From: Camelus dromedarius
Taxonomy: Eukaryota
NCBI RefSeq assembly: GCF_036321535.1
Contig: NC_087437.1
Coordinates: 110,982,001-111,046,000 of the forward strand
Length of the DNA: 64,000 nucleotides
Reading direction: 5' to 3'
Positions 61,318-64,000 of this stretch are shown one piece after another. Numbering within the stretch: position 1 is the first letter of the stretch; the number at the start of each line of letters is the position of its first letter. Made by a program: the position numbers and the translations under genes. Under the pieces are notes generated by a model. It saw only the letters and a program-made list of their open reading frames with translations, was not told where the DNA came from and did no database searches.

Positions 61318-61954
61318 TGATGCAGGAAAACAGATGTGGGGCGTGAGGGGGCCGAGTCCCAGGTCTTGGCTGAGTCACTGGGATGTGCCCCGCCAAGTGT
61401 GGGTGCTTGGCTTCGCGCAGGAAAGAATTCAAGTGTGAGGCACCATTGAATTAAGGTAGATTTATTTATAGAGATACACACTGCATAGAGTGTAAGGCAA
61501 GAGAAAGGCAAGGGAAGAGGTGTGGGAATCGGGTGCTCAGGTTAAAGTTAAAGTAGGTACACGCTCCATAGACAGAGTGCGGGCCATCTCCAAAGGGGAG
61601 AGAGCAAAAAAGGGCCTCTAAGTGTGATGTTGTCACTTTTTATGGGCTCAGTAGCTTCACACGCCTGCAGGTGGGATCAGTCCAACTGCCCTGGGGAAGG
61701 GGCTGGGACTACCAGGAATTGGACCACCGCCCATTCTTTGGCCTTTTGCGGTCAGCCTTGGGGCTGTCATGGCGCCTGCGGGCATGTTATTTGATCCCGC
61801 TGTTACAATGAGCATATAATGAAGCTCAAGGTCCACTAGAAGTTAAACCTCTTAATCCTTAAGGTCCACTAGGAGGTGAATCTTCCCCCATTTTGGTGTT
61901 AAATTGCTGTCGTTCCTTGAGTGGCTGTGGCCTGCCCCCTTCCCTCCTGTCTCA
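61318..61954 (-). mobile_element. ERV1-class solo LTR (family A)
   Basis: TG...CA termini. Perfect TSD GAAT at 61314-61317 and 61955-61958. Confidence 0.88.
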
Positions 61955-61987
61955 GAATGACTGGGTGGGTGATTTTTGTTTGAACAG

Positions 61988-62955
61988 TGTGAAATAAAAT
62001 TCATATTTTATGGCAAGATAAGAAAAATTTAAACTTAAAAAATTCTTCTCTGCCCTTTTGAGACAGGAGGGAAGCAGGCAGGGCACAACTATTAAAAGAA
62101 TGACACAGCAGTGAGGACAGATTAACTGGTTAGAACCAAGATGGCAGAAGATCCGACTTCCAGTAGACCTCCAGCCTCTTGGCATACCCACAGGCGCCAG
62201 GACAGTTCCCAGGCTGGCCATAAAAGGACAAAAAGCGGGTGGGGGTCCCATTCCTGGAAATCCCTACCCCTTCCCCAACATAGTTGGAACAACCCTCCCA
62301 CTGGTAAGCATATGAAATTGCCCAGTCCACAAAAACTAACCACCCCCACACCTCATGGCCGCTCTCCCTTCTGAGATGGACCACATTCTGTCTATGGAGT
62401 GTGTGTCTCTCTAAATAAATCTACTTTCACTCAACTATGGTTCATTCTTGACTTCTTTCCTGTGTGAAGCTAAGGACTTGGTGGGGCGCGCTCCAGGGAC
62501 TCGCCTGAGACCTGGGACATGACCATCTTCTCGTGCCCCATGTTTCTTGCTACAGTTTGGCCTCCTCCCCTGCCTGACTGTGCACTGTGTATCTGCATTA
62601 TGCCTCAACCAGACCTCCCTCATCAGCAGAATACCTGCTCAACCATAAAAAGCAACATTCTTTTAGCATCAAGACAACTCCTTAGAAGATAACATTCCTT
62701 CTTGAGCTTGTAAGGGGTCACATGACCCACCAGGATGAAGCTTAGATCTGGATTATGTAAACTTTCAATATTATGTCATTTGATGTACAGCCCTCTGTAC
62801 ATCGAAAACCTTATATAACTGTGCCTTGCTTCTAACTAGTGGAACACTTCTCAAGAGTTTTCTGTGATGCTCTTCCTGGGTTATAATCCTCAAATTTGGC
62901 TCAAATAAAATTTTCCATTTCTTTGTTAGATCGACTGATTAATTTTTCATTGACA
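61988..62955 (+). mobile_element. ERV1-class solo LTR (family B) with nested family-A LTR
   Basis: TGTGAAATAAAATTCAT...TATATAA near 62812...AATAAAA...AATTTTTCATTGACA. Confidence 0.85.
62059..62554 (+). mobile_element. ERV1-class solo LTR (family A) nested in family-B LTR
   Basis: TGAGACAGGAGGG...AATAAA...TTTCTTGCTACA. 4-bp TSD CTTT/GTTT. Confidence 0.88.
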
Positions 62956-63369
62956 GTAAGAATGATCTCTTTAAGAAAGTGACACTGAAATAAAGGTTTG
63001 AAAGACAAGGAGCCGGCAATGCTAAGAGATTCTGTGGGCAAAGAAGAGGGAAAAAGAACCTTGACTTGACTATGGAAGCCCTGATTTGCCCCCAAAATGT
63101 GGCATTAACTAAGAAGAACTGAACTGGCTGAGATGTAGCTTCTGTACCTCATGGAATGAGTGTTTGAAGCAGAAATTTAGTTGCAGGTATAGGAAAATTA
63201 AGAAAGCTACAATTATCACCATGTGCAGCAAAGGCTGGGAAAAGAGCCAGGCTTGGGCTGTTCCAAGAAAACCCACCAAAATGATTCCAGGGGCTTCATC
63301 CAAGACTTGCCCCTGTGGTGACCTGCATCATTTTCAGCACAGTGGAGTGGTGACAAGTGGGGACTCTGG

Positions 63370-63500
63370 TATAAGAGGGACAGAACTTTGAGTTCCAGGT
63401 GTATGACTTCAGGCCAATAATGTGTTGGAGCCTCGGTTTCCTCATCTGTAAAAGGGGTCCACTGAACCTTCCCATTCAGGTCAGATGTGATGACTCACTG
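63370..63500 (+). mobile_element. MIR SINE fragment
   Basis: GAGCCTCGGTTTCCTCATCTGTAAAAGGGG MIR core. Confidence 0.6.
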
Positions 63501-64000
63501 AGAGTTTTGTCACAGAGTCAGGCACAAAGGACCCCAAAGGATGGTGCACAGCCACCCATCAAAGGTTCTTGATGGCCCAAGGGATAGCTCAGTGGGATAA
63601 GCAAGGTTCCCTTTGGTGGTCCCAGGTCTCAGAAAGGAGGAAGGCACACTTTCACTATGTGAAGGGCTCTTTTCCAACAAATTCATTTTAGCAAAAGAAA
63701 AATGTCCCTTTCTCATCTGCTGTTGCATAAGTGCTTATATAACTGCTTGAAGGGGAGCGTAACTCTATTAAAGCCTGAGATTTAACAGAATTATCCATAA
63801 CTGTTTTAAAATACACCATTTTCCCACACCAACATGGAAAGAGCCAGCCTAACAGTCACTACCATCTCTGAGGTCCTGATTTCCAGTGGTGGTCAACATA
63901 AACTGGGAAAAAAAAAAAAAAAAAAAAGCAAGAGTAAGGCCATCTTGCTTTGGAAGGCAGGAGATCAGAATTCTAGTCCTAGTTGGGTGAACTTGGGCAA

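Noticed and set aside
63581..63597. GGGATAGCTCAGTGGGA resembling a SINE or tRNA 5' end
   Set aside because: Similarity stops after about 15 nt, with no B box or tail.
1..64000. CRISPR array or prokaryote-type system
   Set aside because: The sequence is mammalian and has no regularly spaced repeat-spacer array or operon-like ORFs.

Overview
Mammalian nuclear genomic DNA, almost certainly camelid (alpaca, llama or camel). The basis is about 11 copies of a tRNA-Ala-like SINE (GGGTATAGCTCAGTGGTAGAG...GGTTCAATCCCCAGTACCTCC plus an AAAT-rich tail) that matches the camelid Vic-1 SINE. I find no convincing protein-coding exon, rRNA, genuine tRNA or CRISPR array. The listed ORFs are either incidental or decayed L1 ORF2 pieces. 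The window reads as intergenic or intronic DNA dominated by layered transposon fossils: CR1/L3, MIR, L2, HAL1, old and young L1 3' ends, MaLR/ERVL/ERV1 solo LTRs, and hAT and Tigger MITEs. Between them are unique stretches with dense transcription-factor motif clusters. The most notable observations are: an unexplained diverged ~110-bp repeat at 21.2-22.0 kb; a tandem duplication creating paired ATF4-C/EBP sites at 34.06 kb; an NF-kB + MARE/ARE + CTCF cluster at 40.7 kb; an L1 insertion with an apparent 3' transduction at 27.9-28.4 kb; a two-unit Vic-1 insertion under one TSD at 7.2-7.5 kb; and a nest of LTR-in-LTR insertions with a back-to-back LTR pair at 57.8-63 kb. I found no clear evidence for a new gene system. 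Repeat family names come from my recollection of consensus motifs, not from a database search. Boundaries without a stated TSD are approximate.
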